64,000 bases of DNA from Candidatus Thalassarchaeaceae archaeon (GTDB taxonomy: Archaea; Thermoplasmatota; Poseidoniia; Poseidoniales; Thalassarchaeaceae). Location: assembly GCA_029250605.1 (NCBI GenBank), contig JAQXEZ010000001.1:2498-66497 (forward strand), given 5' to 3'. This document shows, piece by piece, positions 35,771 through 44,800 of this stretch (positions within the stretch are counted from its first letter, which is position 1; every line of letters begins with the position of its first letter). The notes beneath the pieces were generated by a model. That model saw only the letters and a program-made list of their open reading frames with translations, made no database searches and had not been told where the DNA came from. The position numbers and the translations under genes are program-made.

Positions 35771-37681
35771 ATGCGACCCGCTTCGATAGCTATTCTCGTA
35801 GTCTTGGTTTCCTTCCCACTATCCTCATCCACCGTGGCCATCTCGGACCCGGCAGAAGACTCTCCATGGTGGGAGTCAACATCGATGGATTTGGATCGGG
35901 ATGGGATACATGACGCGATTTGGGTTGCAATTGAGAGTGATCTCCATGACTGGGTCGACATGAATGACACGATTAGCGTGATCGTAGATTTTGATCATCA
36001 GCCCACGTACGAGGATCAGGAGATGCTAGAGCGCGAGGTCGACTTCAGAACTCAATTTCGTTTCCATCTGATCGATAGTATTGCTGGAAGAGTAGCGGTC
36101 GATGATATCGTGGAAATGTCAACTCTTCCGGGGGTTGTCCTAATCGAACTAGACGGAATTCTAACAATCCAAATGAATGACGTGAAGGACATACATGGAA
36201 TCCCAATGATTTGGGAGGATACAGGTTACACGGGCAAGGGGAGTGTCGTCTCCATCATTGATACTGGGATTGACTCAGAACACGTTGGACTCGACGATAT
36301 GGATGACGACAACTCAACAAATGACTCGAAGGTTATCGCATTCTACGACGCAGTGAACAACCCAGACAAGACCAATGGCACTGAAGTGAAGGCATATGAT
36401 GATCAGGGACATGGGTCCCACTGCGCTGGGATTACTGCCGGAACCGGTGCACCAACTTACGAGTACGTCGGTGTCGCACCAAAGGCTCAGTTGGTTGGAG
36501 TAAAGGTCCTAGATGAAGGTGGATCAGGCTCCTTTGCAACCGTTATGGCCGGCATGCAGTGGACTGTTGACAAGAGACACGACTTCAATATCAGGGCTGC
36601 CAGTATGAGCCTTGGTGGCTTCGGACTAATTGAGTGGACTTCTAGTGAGGAGGAAAGCGTAAACAGGATGGCCAATGAAATGGTTAGATCTGGAGTGGCC
36701 CTGTTCATCGCTGCAGGAAACTCAGCGGTAAGTGCCCAGATAGGGACCCCTGGTTCTGCTGAAGACGTGATCACCGTTGGTGCCCTAGACAAGGACACTT
36801 CTATTGCAGTGTATTCAAGCCAAGGACCTACTGAAGAGGGGAGGGTGAAGCCCAACATTGCATTTGTAGGCTCGAGTGTAATGGCTCCGGAGGCCAATTC
36901 CGGAGACGGGTACGTAGGCTACTCGGGCACTAGTATGGCCACACCAGGTGCAGCCGGCCTTGCCGCTCTAATGTACCAGGCAAATCCAGATCTCTCGCCT
37001 TTTGATATCCGTAACATAATGCAGGAGACATCCACATATCGGCAGTGCCACTACATGCTAGCGAATGAGCCATGTGCTGAGGACTTGATTCCTAAGAATC
37101 GGCAGAACAACGTCTATGGTCATGGGCACGTCGAAGGTCTGCCCGCACTTCTTGAAGCCGCCAACTACGTTTATGGCCTAAACACAGATCTCAATCTGAG
37201 CATCGACGAAGAAATCCCGGAAGAAAATCGAATCAACCTATCTCCCGGCGAATCATTCCTCGTTTCCGTAGAGGGTTCTCCGATGGAGATCCAATGGAGG
37301 ACTTGGGATATGAGGGATAACTGGATGAGCCACCCTGAGTTCTCTGAAGGTGACTCAAATATTGGCATTACCCACACAATGCTTGTCGACAGACTCCAAT
37401 ACCTGCCAGGTAACCAGATTGAGGGGAATCAAACAGTTATGGTAAGGGCAATTCTTGACGATGATGCCTCGACAAACCTAGTCGCTCACGTTTTCGTCCT
37501 TGGCTCTGAGACCCAAAACGAGAATGGCCCAGGAGGGCAGAATTCCAGCTTCATTGTGACAGTTCTGTCTCTGGTCGTAGTCTTGCTAATCGGTTTGCTA
37601 ACTCTCTCAGTGATTCGTCTTAGGCAGAAAGACATGGATGAGTATGAGTTGGAAGATGAGATCAACATTTCCGAAAATTAA
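35771..37681 (+). CDS. Subtilisin-like serine protease (S8) with a signal peptide and a C-terminal TM anchor
   Basis: Catalytic triad contexts VVSIIDTGID (Asp), HGSHCAGI (His) and GTSMATPGAAG (Ser). Signal ILVVLVSFPLSSSTVA. C-terminal TM IVTVLSLVVVLLIGLLTLSVI is followed by RLRQKDMDEYELEDE. Confidence 0.9.
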   Translation: MRPASIAILVVLVSFPLSSSTVAISDPAEDSPWWESTSMDLDRDGIHDAIWVAIESDLHDWVDMNDTISVIVDFDHQPTYEDQEMLEREVDFRTQFRFHLIDSIAGRVAVDDIVEMSTLPGVVLIELDGILTIQMNDVKDIHGIPMIWEDTGYTGKGSVVSIIDTGIDSEHVGLDDMDDDNSTNDSKVIAFYDAVNNPDKTNGTEVKAYDDQGHGSHCAGITAGTGAPTYEYVGVAPKAQLVGVKVLDEGGSGSFATVMAGMQWTVDKRHDFNIRAASMSLGGFGLIEWTSSEEESVNRMANEMVRSGVALFIAAGNSAVSAQIGTPGSAEDVITVGALDKDTSIAVYSSQGPTEEGRVKPNIAFVGSSVMAPEANSGDGYVGYSGTSMATPGAAGLAALMYQANPDLSPFDIRNIMQETSTYRQCHYMLANEPCAEDLIPKNRQNNVYGHGHVEGLPALLEAANYVYGLNTDLNLSIDEEIPEENRINLSPGESFLVSVEGSPMEIQWRTWDMRDNWMSHPEFSEGDSNIGITHTMLVDRLQYLPGNQIEGNQTVMVRAILDDDASTNLVAHVFVLGSETQNENGPGGQNSSFIVTVLSLVVVLLIGLLTLSVIRLRQKDMDEYELEDEINISEN

Positions 37682-37694
37682 GCGATGACTAGGG

Positions 37695-38294
37695 CTACCA
37701 ATACTCTTTGTCCGGGGGATGCAAGTAAATTCTACGAATTTCATTTGCCATCCTACTCCCAGTCAGTGTCCTGCCCTTGCCAGTATGAATTGCCCTAATC
37801 CTCCACCTTGATTCCGCGAAGTCAATTATTGTCCCACAAGAGAAGACTCTGTCTGGTTCACATTCCAGTTTCCCAGACTCACTAATTTCGCTACTGGTCA
37901 TAGTAATTCCAACTACGGTTTTATCAGATCTGGTCGCCCACATTGAGAAAATCTTAGATGCACTGAGGACTTTCTTTGACCGTGAATCATTATTGTCAAT
38001 TCTTGTCACCATCCAAGTAATATCCTCATGCTCGAACATATCACCAACAGAAATCTCCTCATCCTCGTCGACCTCAATTTCTACACCGAAACTCTCCCCC
38101 CCATCCGACAAAGTAGTCTTCACCATCACTGGCTTAGGAGGGCGAATCATTATTTTATGAACAAATGAGCATGTAATGCATCTGACCAAGAAATCCTCCC
38201 CCTCTCCTTGGGGGGTCCTCTTGATTATCGAATGATCAGTCACTTCGCCGCAACTAGGGCATTCGGAAAAGGCACCCTCGTCTTCATCACTCAT
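37695..38294 (-). CDS. Zinc-ribbon protein with two internally repeated C-terminal modules
   Basis: 199 aa. N-terminal C4 ribbon CPSCG...CITCS. Two similar segments follow (HEDITWMVTRI...ASKIFSMWA and AESRWRIRAI...ANEIRRIYL). It resembles a conserved archaeal zinc-finger family, but I cannot name it with certainty. Confidence 0.55.
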   Translation of the reverse strand: MSDEDEGAFSECPSCGEVTDHSIIKRTPQGEGEDFLVRCITCSFVHKIMIRPPKPVMVKTTLSDGGESFGVEIEVDEDEEISVGDMFEHEDITWMVTRIDNNDSRSKKVLSASKIFSMWATRSDKTVVGITMTSSEISESGKLECEPDRVFSCGTIIDFAESRWRIRAIHTGKGRTLTGSRMANEIRRIYLHPPDKEYW

Positions 38295-38369
38295 GTTTTA
38301 TCGTGATGAGGCAGGGTATTCAACCCATCCTAGAGTATTATTCAAGAGCAACACTCGTCAGAACGAACT

Positions 38370-39164
38370 GTGGGCGATGACAGCAATGGCAATGGTCTCC
38401 CTCAGATGTCAGATGCAGATGTCATGACACGACTCCTCTCAGAGAATCTAGAGAGGGATCAGTCCGAGCCAGAGATTGCTTCCAGTATCGGGGAGCAGAT
38501 GCTTCACATGGACATACCACTGTTACCTAGATCTGTGAGGGCTCGAATTAGGGACGTATGCTCTAGAATCGAACCTAGAAACATCACTCTTGTCGGAGGA
38601 GGTATAGGGCATCTATCTGCATGGCTGTTTGATCTCTGGTCCAATAGTGATCAGAATGGCCGAGAAGGCTCTATTAATCCCCCTGATGCCTTCAGGATAA
38701 TTGAACCAGGGACTAGGTTTTGTGTGATTATAGACCGATTGATTAGGAGATACGAGGCAGAAGGTTGGGCGCAGTCGGTTTCCATGGCGTGGCAAGAGGT
38801 GTTTGCTGAGACCGCCTCATCACGAGCTTCTAACATCACAATTCCTGCGAACGCAGTAAATTCAATACTTCCAATGCCTCTGGATCTGATACTCATTGAC
38901 TTGCCCGAAGGGGAAAGGGTTGCAGCTGCATCAGCGGCCTTTGATTTGGTTTCTACTGGGGGGATTGTCCTTCTTCTCGAACCGACCGTACCCACTGGTG
39001 ACGTGGGCGATTTTTTCGATGACATGGAACCAACTCCTGCTCAGTTGAAGGTTCAGTCGTTCAATGAATGGATTGAACTGGTTAAAAGAATCAATGATAG
39101 TGACTCCGTTGGATTTACAGATTTGACGGGTGGAACTTTAGTCGCTCTTCTGAAGGATTCCTAG
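38370..39164 (+). CDS. Putative class I SAM-dependent methyltransferase-like protein
   Basis: GTG start, with ATG 38406 as an alternative. ITLVGGGIGHLSAWL is glycine-loop-like, and DLILIDLPEGE...LVSTGGIVLLLEP resembles the O-methyltransferase family 3 layout. The assignment is weak. Confidence 0.45.
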   Translation: MGDDSNGNGLPQMSDADVMTRLLSENLERDQSEPEIASSIGEQMLHMDIPLLPRSVRARIRDVCSRIEPRNITLVGGGIGHLSAWLFDLWSNSDQNGREGSINPPDAFRIIEPGTRFCVIIDRLIRRYEAEGWAQSVSMAWQEVFAETASSRASNITIPANAVNSILPMPLDLILIDLPEGERVAAASAAFDLVSTGGIVLLLEPTVPTGDVGDFFDDMEPTPAQLKVQSFNEWIELVKRINDSDSVGFTDLTGGTLVALLKDS

Positions 39165-40321
39165 CCCTCATCATTAAAATGTGAAACTAGTTTGTCAATC
39201 CTAAGGTGCCCGTAGCCATAGTGATCATCATGGGAGTCTTGGCCATCCATCATTTGTGAGGCCTGTGTAATTGCCACTTTGACTCCCTCTATCGATTCTC
39301 TGCCCGAAGAATTCTCTCTCTGAAGTTCCGGGTCATCCTGCAACAAGAGTGCTAGAGAGCCACTGACCCACGCCGTCGCAGCGGAAGTGCCACTGGACCA
39401 ACCCCACCATCCGCTGTTCCCTACTCCCGATGCCATCAGTACTGGTACTTCGTGCCCCGGCGCTACTATCTCCGGCTTTTTATCGGGATTATTTCGAGGG
39501 AGAATTGGATTTGGCCACAACCTCCCGTCGTTGTCTCCCTCAGAGCTGCCTGTCCAGATTCCCCCAGTGCGAGAAATCCCGCCAACACAAATGACATCCT
39601 CTACAGATCCCGGTGAACCCACGTCACCATCATCATCTTCACCGTCATTCCCTGCGGAAGCAATCACGAAAACTCCGCTATCCAGTGCTTCATCAACGGA
39701 TTGTTCCAATTCGTCGGTCGTGAAAAGTCCAGATCCGAAACTCTGTCCGCCACCAAGACTTAGTGAAATTATGTCCGCCTCCTGTTGAACACACCAGTCT
39801 ACAGAATTTGCAACCGAACCGGCGTCCCCCTGGCCTTCGTTATCAATCGCCTTCGCAACTAGCAGATCCACTCCTCTGGAAATCCCTCTCAGACCTCCAT
39901 CCGCTACAATAATCCCAGACATAGCAGTTCCATGACCCTCGTCGTCATATGGCTCATTGATACCATTAACAGCATCTAGCCACCCCCTAAGCACAAGACC
40001 TCTGAAATCTGGATGACTGAGGTCTATTCCTGAGTCGACGACACAGAGAACAACACCTTCGCCATTTAGCTCGGATAGTGATTCGTTGCTTACTCCGGTT
40101 AGACTCTTGTATTCAGTTTCCCAAGATGATAGGGCCTGGGACGGCCTCTCAATCACCAGAACTTCTCCCTTCCAAATGTAGAGTATCGCAATTGATGACG
40201 CCAATATTATTAGCAGTGATAGGCTGAAAGCGACAACCATACTCGCTGCATCTTTCCCCGATAAATCTTCGAAATCAACGATTTCAGAATCTATAATTTC
40301 ACCAGTCTGATCCTTCACCAA
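39161..40321 (-). CDS. Subtilisin-like serine protease (S8) with an N-terminal signal anchor
   Basis: Triad contexts CVVDSGIDLSHPDF (Asp), HGTAMSGII (His) and GTSAATAWVSG (Ser). N-terminal TM MVVAFSLSLLIILASSIAILYIW. It overlaps the upstream gene by 7 nt. Confidence 0.88.
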   Translation of the reverse strand: MVKDQTGEIIDSEIVDFEDLSGKDAASMVVAFSLSLLIILASSIAILYIWKGEVLVIERPSQALSSWETEYKSLTGVSNESLSELNGEGVVLCVVDSGIDLSHPDFRGLVLRGWLDAVNGINEPYDDEGHGTAMSGIIVADGGLRGISRGVDLLVAKAIDNEGQGDAGSVANSVDWCVQQEADIISLSLGGGQSFGSGLFTTDELEQSVDEALDSGVFVIASAGNDGEDDDGDVGSPGSVEDVICVGGISRTGGIWTGSSEGDNDGRLWPNPILPRNNPDKKPEIVAPGHEVPVLMASGVGNSGWWGWSSGTSAATAWVSGSLALLLQDDPELQRENSSGRESIEGVKVAITQASQMMDGQDSHDDHYGYGHLRIDKLVSHFNDEG

Positions 40322-41472
40322 GCCTCAACCCTACCAAAGTGACTCCCTACAGGAGTATTGGATCCGCAGTTCGCACAAACAACTCTCGATGGTATCCTAA
40401 TTCCACATTGTTCACATTCCGACCCAGTCACGCCCTTCCCAGAGCAGCCATCTGATTCGCAGGGAATGCTGATCTCCCCAGTCGTCTCCTGAATGGCATT
40501 TGTATTTTGGTTGCAAACCGGGCATTTGCCTTGTTCTGCCTTCTTTGGCTCGAAGACTTCTCCCGAAACCTCGCGTGCTCGGGATGTCTGGATTCTTGCT
40601 TCAGTCGAACCAAGCATGAATTCGGGAAACCAGACTATTCCTAGGAGCAGAAATGTTGCCACAATACCAGAAAAAATGTGTAGAAACACCAATGAATATC
40701 TGAAGTCCAAATCCCCCGGGCTCGGGGCTATGGAATGGGCGCTACTCCAGAAGCTGATATTGAGCACAATTATCCATACAGCAATTCCAAGACTCCAAGA
40801 TAGTAGGCTATGATCCTTCCATGCTCTGTCTATTACTCTTGGGTCGGGGTGGAAATGCTTCCTCTGGACATGCATGTCTCTCGTCTCAACAACGGCCCTC
40901 CTAACGACAAAAATCGATAGAAATAGCATCACTAGGTTAGAAACCACGATCCAGACCCAACCGCCAATTCCTGAATCCAACGGAAAAGAAGGATTGTCTG
41001 CATGTGATTTGATATGGCCAAATTGAATGAAACCCATGCCTATTAGGAGGTAGACCATGTTCTCTCTCATAATTGGATAACTATTCCAGAGCATTACAAC
41101 GAATCCTACCCAGCAAATTACTGAAAGTAAGGAAAGTATCAGGGCCAGGTCCTTCATGTGTAAGAAACCACTTTCCTCTCCTCCTAGAATGCCCCACCTG
41201 TTGTAGTCCCCACCGCTTGAAATCTCCCCAATCCCAAGGTCCCATGAACCTAGAAAGAATCCTGCAACGAACAAGCCAATCATTACTCCTTCCCTCACTC
41301 CCCAGAATTTGCTGACTAGGAGAATATTGTATTTTATTTCCGTCAATAGCAAATCAAGTATGCTAAGTCGCTGGTTCACTTGGGAGAAACTATTTCCAAT
41401 CGAGTAATCACTCAACCTATCCATCAGGAGTTCTTCGTTATCCGCCGAATCACCCTCTCCCGCCTGCTCCAT
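40315..41472 (-). CDS. Polytopic membrane protein with a C-terminal double zinc ribbon
   Basis: 385 aa with about 7 hydrophobic helices. The tail has four Cys pairs (CPVCN, CESDGC, CEQCG, CANCG). It is probably co-transcribed with the downstream S8 protease. Confidence 0.6.
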   Translation of the reverse strand: MEQAGEGDSADNEELLMDRLSDYSIGNSFSQVNQRLSILDLLLTEIKYNILLVSKFWGVREGVMIGLFVAGFFLGSWDLGIGEISSGGDYNRWGILGGEESGFLHMKDLALILSLLSVICWVGFVVMLWNSYPIMRENMVYLLIGMGFIQFGHIKSHADNPSFPLDSGIGGWVWIVVSNLVMLFLSIFVVRRAVVETRDMHVQRKHFHPDPRVIDRAWKDHSLLSWSLGIAVWIIVLNISFWSSAHSIAPSPGDLDFRYSLVFLHIFSGIVATFLLLGIVWFPEFMLGSTEARIQTSRAREVSGEVFEPKKAEQGKCPVCNQNTNAIQETTGEISIPCESDGCSGKGVTGSECEQCGIRIPSRVVCANCGSNTPVGSHFGRVEAW

Positions 41473-41551
41473 GTTCTTCTCAGGCCATTGACATTGAATA
41501 AGAAACTCATCCCCCGAGTGTTGTGATTGGCATCAATTTGGAGGATATTGG

Positions 41552-41635
41552 CGCCGAGGGCGAGATTTGAACTCGCGAGGGAAAAATCCCACGGGCTTTC
41601 CAGGCCCGCGCAATACCGGGCTATGCGACCTCGGC
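41552..41635 (-). tRNA. tRNA-Ser (anticodon GGA), type II with a long variable arm
   Basis: The reverse complement reads GCCGAGG..GGGC CTGGAAA GCCC..TGGGATTTTTCCC..GCGAGTTCAAATCTCGC CCTCGGC G. CCA is encoded (41549-41551 on the + strand). Confidence 0.88.
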
Positions 41636-41739
41636 TACTGGGGCGCACCAACCCATTGGTTTTCACCCTGACGTTCGAAGACAACCGGTCTTTGGATAGT
41701 CGCCACGATTAAACCACTCCCTTCGGTCGTCGCCGCGCT

Positions 41740-41811
41740 GCCACTGTGGCTTAGAGGTATAGCGTCGCCTTGGTAAGGCGAAGGTCGGGGGTTCAATTCC
41801 CCCCAGTGGCT
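41740..41811 (+). tRNA. tRNA-Thr (anticodon GGT)
   Basis: Acceptor GCCACTG/CAGTGGC, anticodon stem TCGCC/GGCGA with loop TTGGTAA, T-arm GGGGGTTCAATTCCCCC. CCA is encoded at 41812-41814. Confidence 0.9.
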
Positions 41812-41865
41812 CCACCCAAAAGTAATTTTTCGAGTAGTAACGTAGATTGGTTCATAACTGATACA

Positions 41866-44800
41866 ATGCACAGCATAAGCATGCCCAGTGAACGCGCTAG
41901 ACTTGCAATCGTAATGACCCTAATGATGATTCTATCTCCTATTTCATATGCTGGAGTCTCAAATTGGTCCGGACCTTCTATTATCAACAGCGAAGGAACT
42001 CCCACAGTAGTGGATGGGTTCACAGTCCCAACCAACTCTACAATCATGGATGGGTGGGTTCACGTAACTAATTCCCCATTGCCTTCTTCTTCCGATTCTG
42101 GGATAACCTGGGACGAAGACGACTTTTCCTCTGGAAATCTAGTTGGGGTTGAGTTGAACGATGAGGGCGAGATGGTCCTAAAGGACGACGGGACTCGCTC
42201 CAATGTAAGCACATTCGATGTAGGCGAAATCGAAGTAACCCTCAATTCTGCATATCAGTACTCCCCAGGATGGCAAAGGGTATTCATCAAATCCTCGTCT
42301 ACTAACTTGTCAGACTGCGGCGGGTCACCAGGGGACTACATCGATCATGGTCTAGATAATGACTTCGACCAGACTCTGGATGACGATGAAATCATCGAGA
42401 CCATAATCTACTGTGAGACGTTTGCTAATGGCGACGTCGTCACTTCCTTGTCAATAGACGACCCAGGGTCCGGATATGCCCCAGGGAACCTATCAGCTAC
42501 AGGTGGAGGCGGGTCGGGTTTCTCAGGAACATATGCTGTGAGCTCCGGCATAGAGAGCATCACAATCAATGACGGTGGTTCCGGATTTGACACTGCTGAC
42601 CAGGTTGTTATTCAGTGTCAATGCGATGGTACTGGTGCAGCGGCATCGATTGACTCGGTAGACTCCTCCAGCGGTGAAATTACTTCTATCACAATCGACT
42701 CTCCTGGATCTGGATACCAGGCCTCAGACACTATCGTAGTTGGTGTGTCGGGTGGGACCGGAGAATCTCTGTCGGCAGAAGTTTACTCGACAGGAGTCAT
42801 ACATTCCGTAGAAGTTACCGATGGGGGTGCCAACTACACCTCCTCCCCCACTATTGTTATCAGCGACTCTGGCGGTTCTGGAGGTGATGTTACTTCCATT
42901 CTCGGGGATTATTACGAGTACGAGATAGATATCATTTCCGAGCCCCGTGGAGATAATTGCACATATGCGGGAACCAAGTTTTTATCGGGCCTAGATTTGA
43001 ATGGGAATAGGAATCTGGATGACTCTGAGATCTCAGATACTTCCTTTATTTGTCACGGTAGCAAACTTTGGGGGGCTACGACATTTCAAGATATGAATGG
43101 AAGTATTGTCGGCAACGAACAGACTCTTGCACACGGCGTTGTCCCTTCTTCATCTACGCAAGGTCTTGTTTCCGCGGGGACCCTTCCCGGCGAACCCGTT
43201 CCGGCAGGGACGTCCGGCCATCTTCTTATTCCACCTCAGAATGTTCCAACAGGCCAATACATTAGCTCATACTACCTAACCTTCGATCACTGGTACCATG
43301 TAGACAGCACTTCCTCCGGAGGGGGGGATGGTACTTGGGTGGAATACCGCCTAAAATCAAACTCCACATGGGGTGACTGGAACTTCATTGAGCCACAGGG
43401 CGGGTATCCTAGTACCCTCTCTACAGATGCTCCAACTCCAAACGGGGCGACTTCCCCCGTCCCAGTATTTGCCTCTCCATCTCACAGTGGATGGGTTACT
43501 AGCAATTTCTCTATTTCATCACTTTCAGGCATAGATGACTCCGACAAGATCCAGTTCAGATTCTTAATCTGGACCCATCCAGATGCCGTAAACGAAAGGC
43601 CCGGCTGGTTCATTGACAACATTAACATTATCAATCAGGGAGTAGATTTGGATGTCTGGCATCACGGTTGCTACACCACAACAGCTACCTCTTGCACCTA
43701 TAACGCCATGGCATATGGTATTCTGCAGCGAAACCTCGATCTGACGGGCACCAACTCCACCTCCACGATTGAGTTCAACATGGAATGGGATCTGGAGGGG
43801 GGAACTAGTGACAACGCATGCGTCGAACTTTCGTTGAATGGGAACACATGGGCCGATATTTCCTCAAGCACAAGTAGCACCGCGTCAGATTGCGCTGTAA
43901 GGTCCGGCGCAATCCCTGGAAGCGGATACACCGCCGACAACGGACAATCTTACGGCGATCAGAGCAACGACTTCAGACTGGTGTCATTAGACATACCATC
44001 AGGATTCCAGGACCAATCCAGTGTGGACATCAGGATCGTTGTCGATACAAGTTCCTCATTCAATTATGGGGGGACTTCTCAAGACGAACGAGAGGGCCTG
44101 ACAATTTCTCATCTCAGAGTAGTAGACTATGGTGGCAGTACCTTGTTCGTCGATGAATTCAACTCCTCCTCTACAATGTCTCACTTCGGGCGGCTAGATT
44201 CCCAAGGGAACCCGTCTCCTGATGACTGGATTTACAGATCTATCCCCAAGGGTGAGAGTTCCCTGATGCTCGGTTTCGAGGACTCATCAGCCAACACCCC
44301 TTCAGTTTCCGATGCTCCAGGATGGTCTAGGTCGACCAGCGGAACGTGTAGTTCTGACAAATGCAAATTCACCCTTAACAGAGTCTCTTCTAACTCGGGA
44401 CCTCCAACGGCCGCTTCTTTCCCGTATGCGTACGGAGTCGGTTTCTCTGGCCTCTATGAAAACGGAATCAATGAGGCCAGGCTAATCTCGCCCGTCTATG
44501 ACATACCAATGAACGGGACCTCCTACCTCACATTTGACCACTGGTCCTGCTCCGAGGCCTCGTGGGATGGGGGCGCGGTGTTCATCAAGGTCAACGGCGG
44601 CAGTTGGCTGCATTTCGATCCCGGTTGGTACTCGAGCACAGCCTACACATCTGCCGGGCACAATTTGGCAGGAAACGCAATCTTTTCTATGGACCACTGT
44701 ACTGGAGCAGCATCGTCTGGTTCTTGGTCTTCAACCAGCCAGATGACTAATCTTAGGGCTAATCTAAATTCATACAAAGGAGACTCAGTCCAGTTCAAGT

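Noticed and set aside
41636-41739. 104-nt spacer between the divergent tRNA-Ser and tRNA-Thr as a possible small RNA (C/D box or other)
   Set aside because: No RUGAUGA/CUGA box pair is present and only weak 4-5-bp stems are seen. The spacer must in any case carry two divergent tRNA promoters.
41770-41865. N-terminal 32 codons of the 2439-aa track ORF (MVRRRSGVQFPPVAPPKS...)
   Set aside because: This stretch lies inside and just after tRNA-Thr (41740-41814) and merely translates the tRNA T-arm. The signal-peptide-like sequence begins only at ATG 41866.
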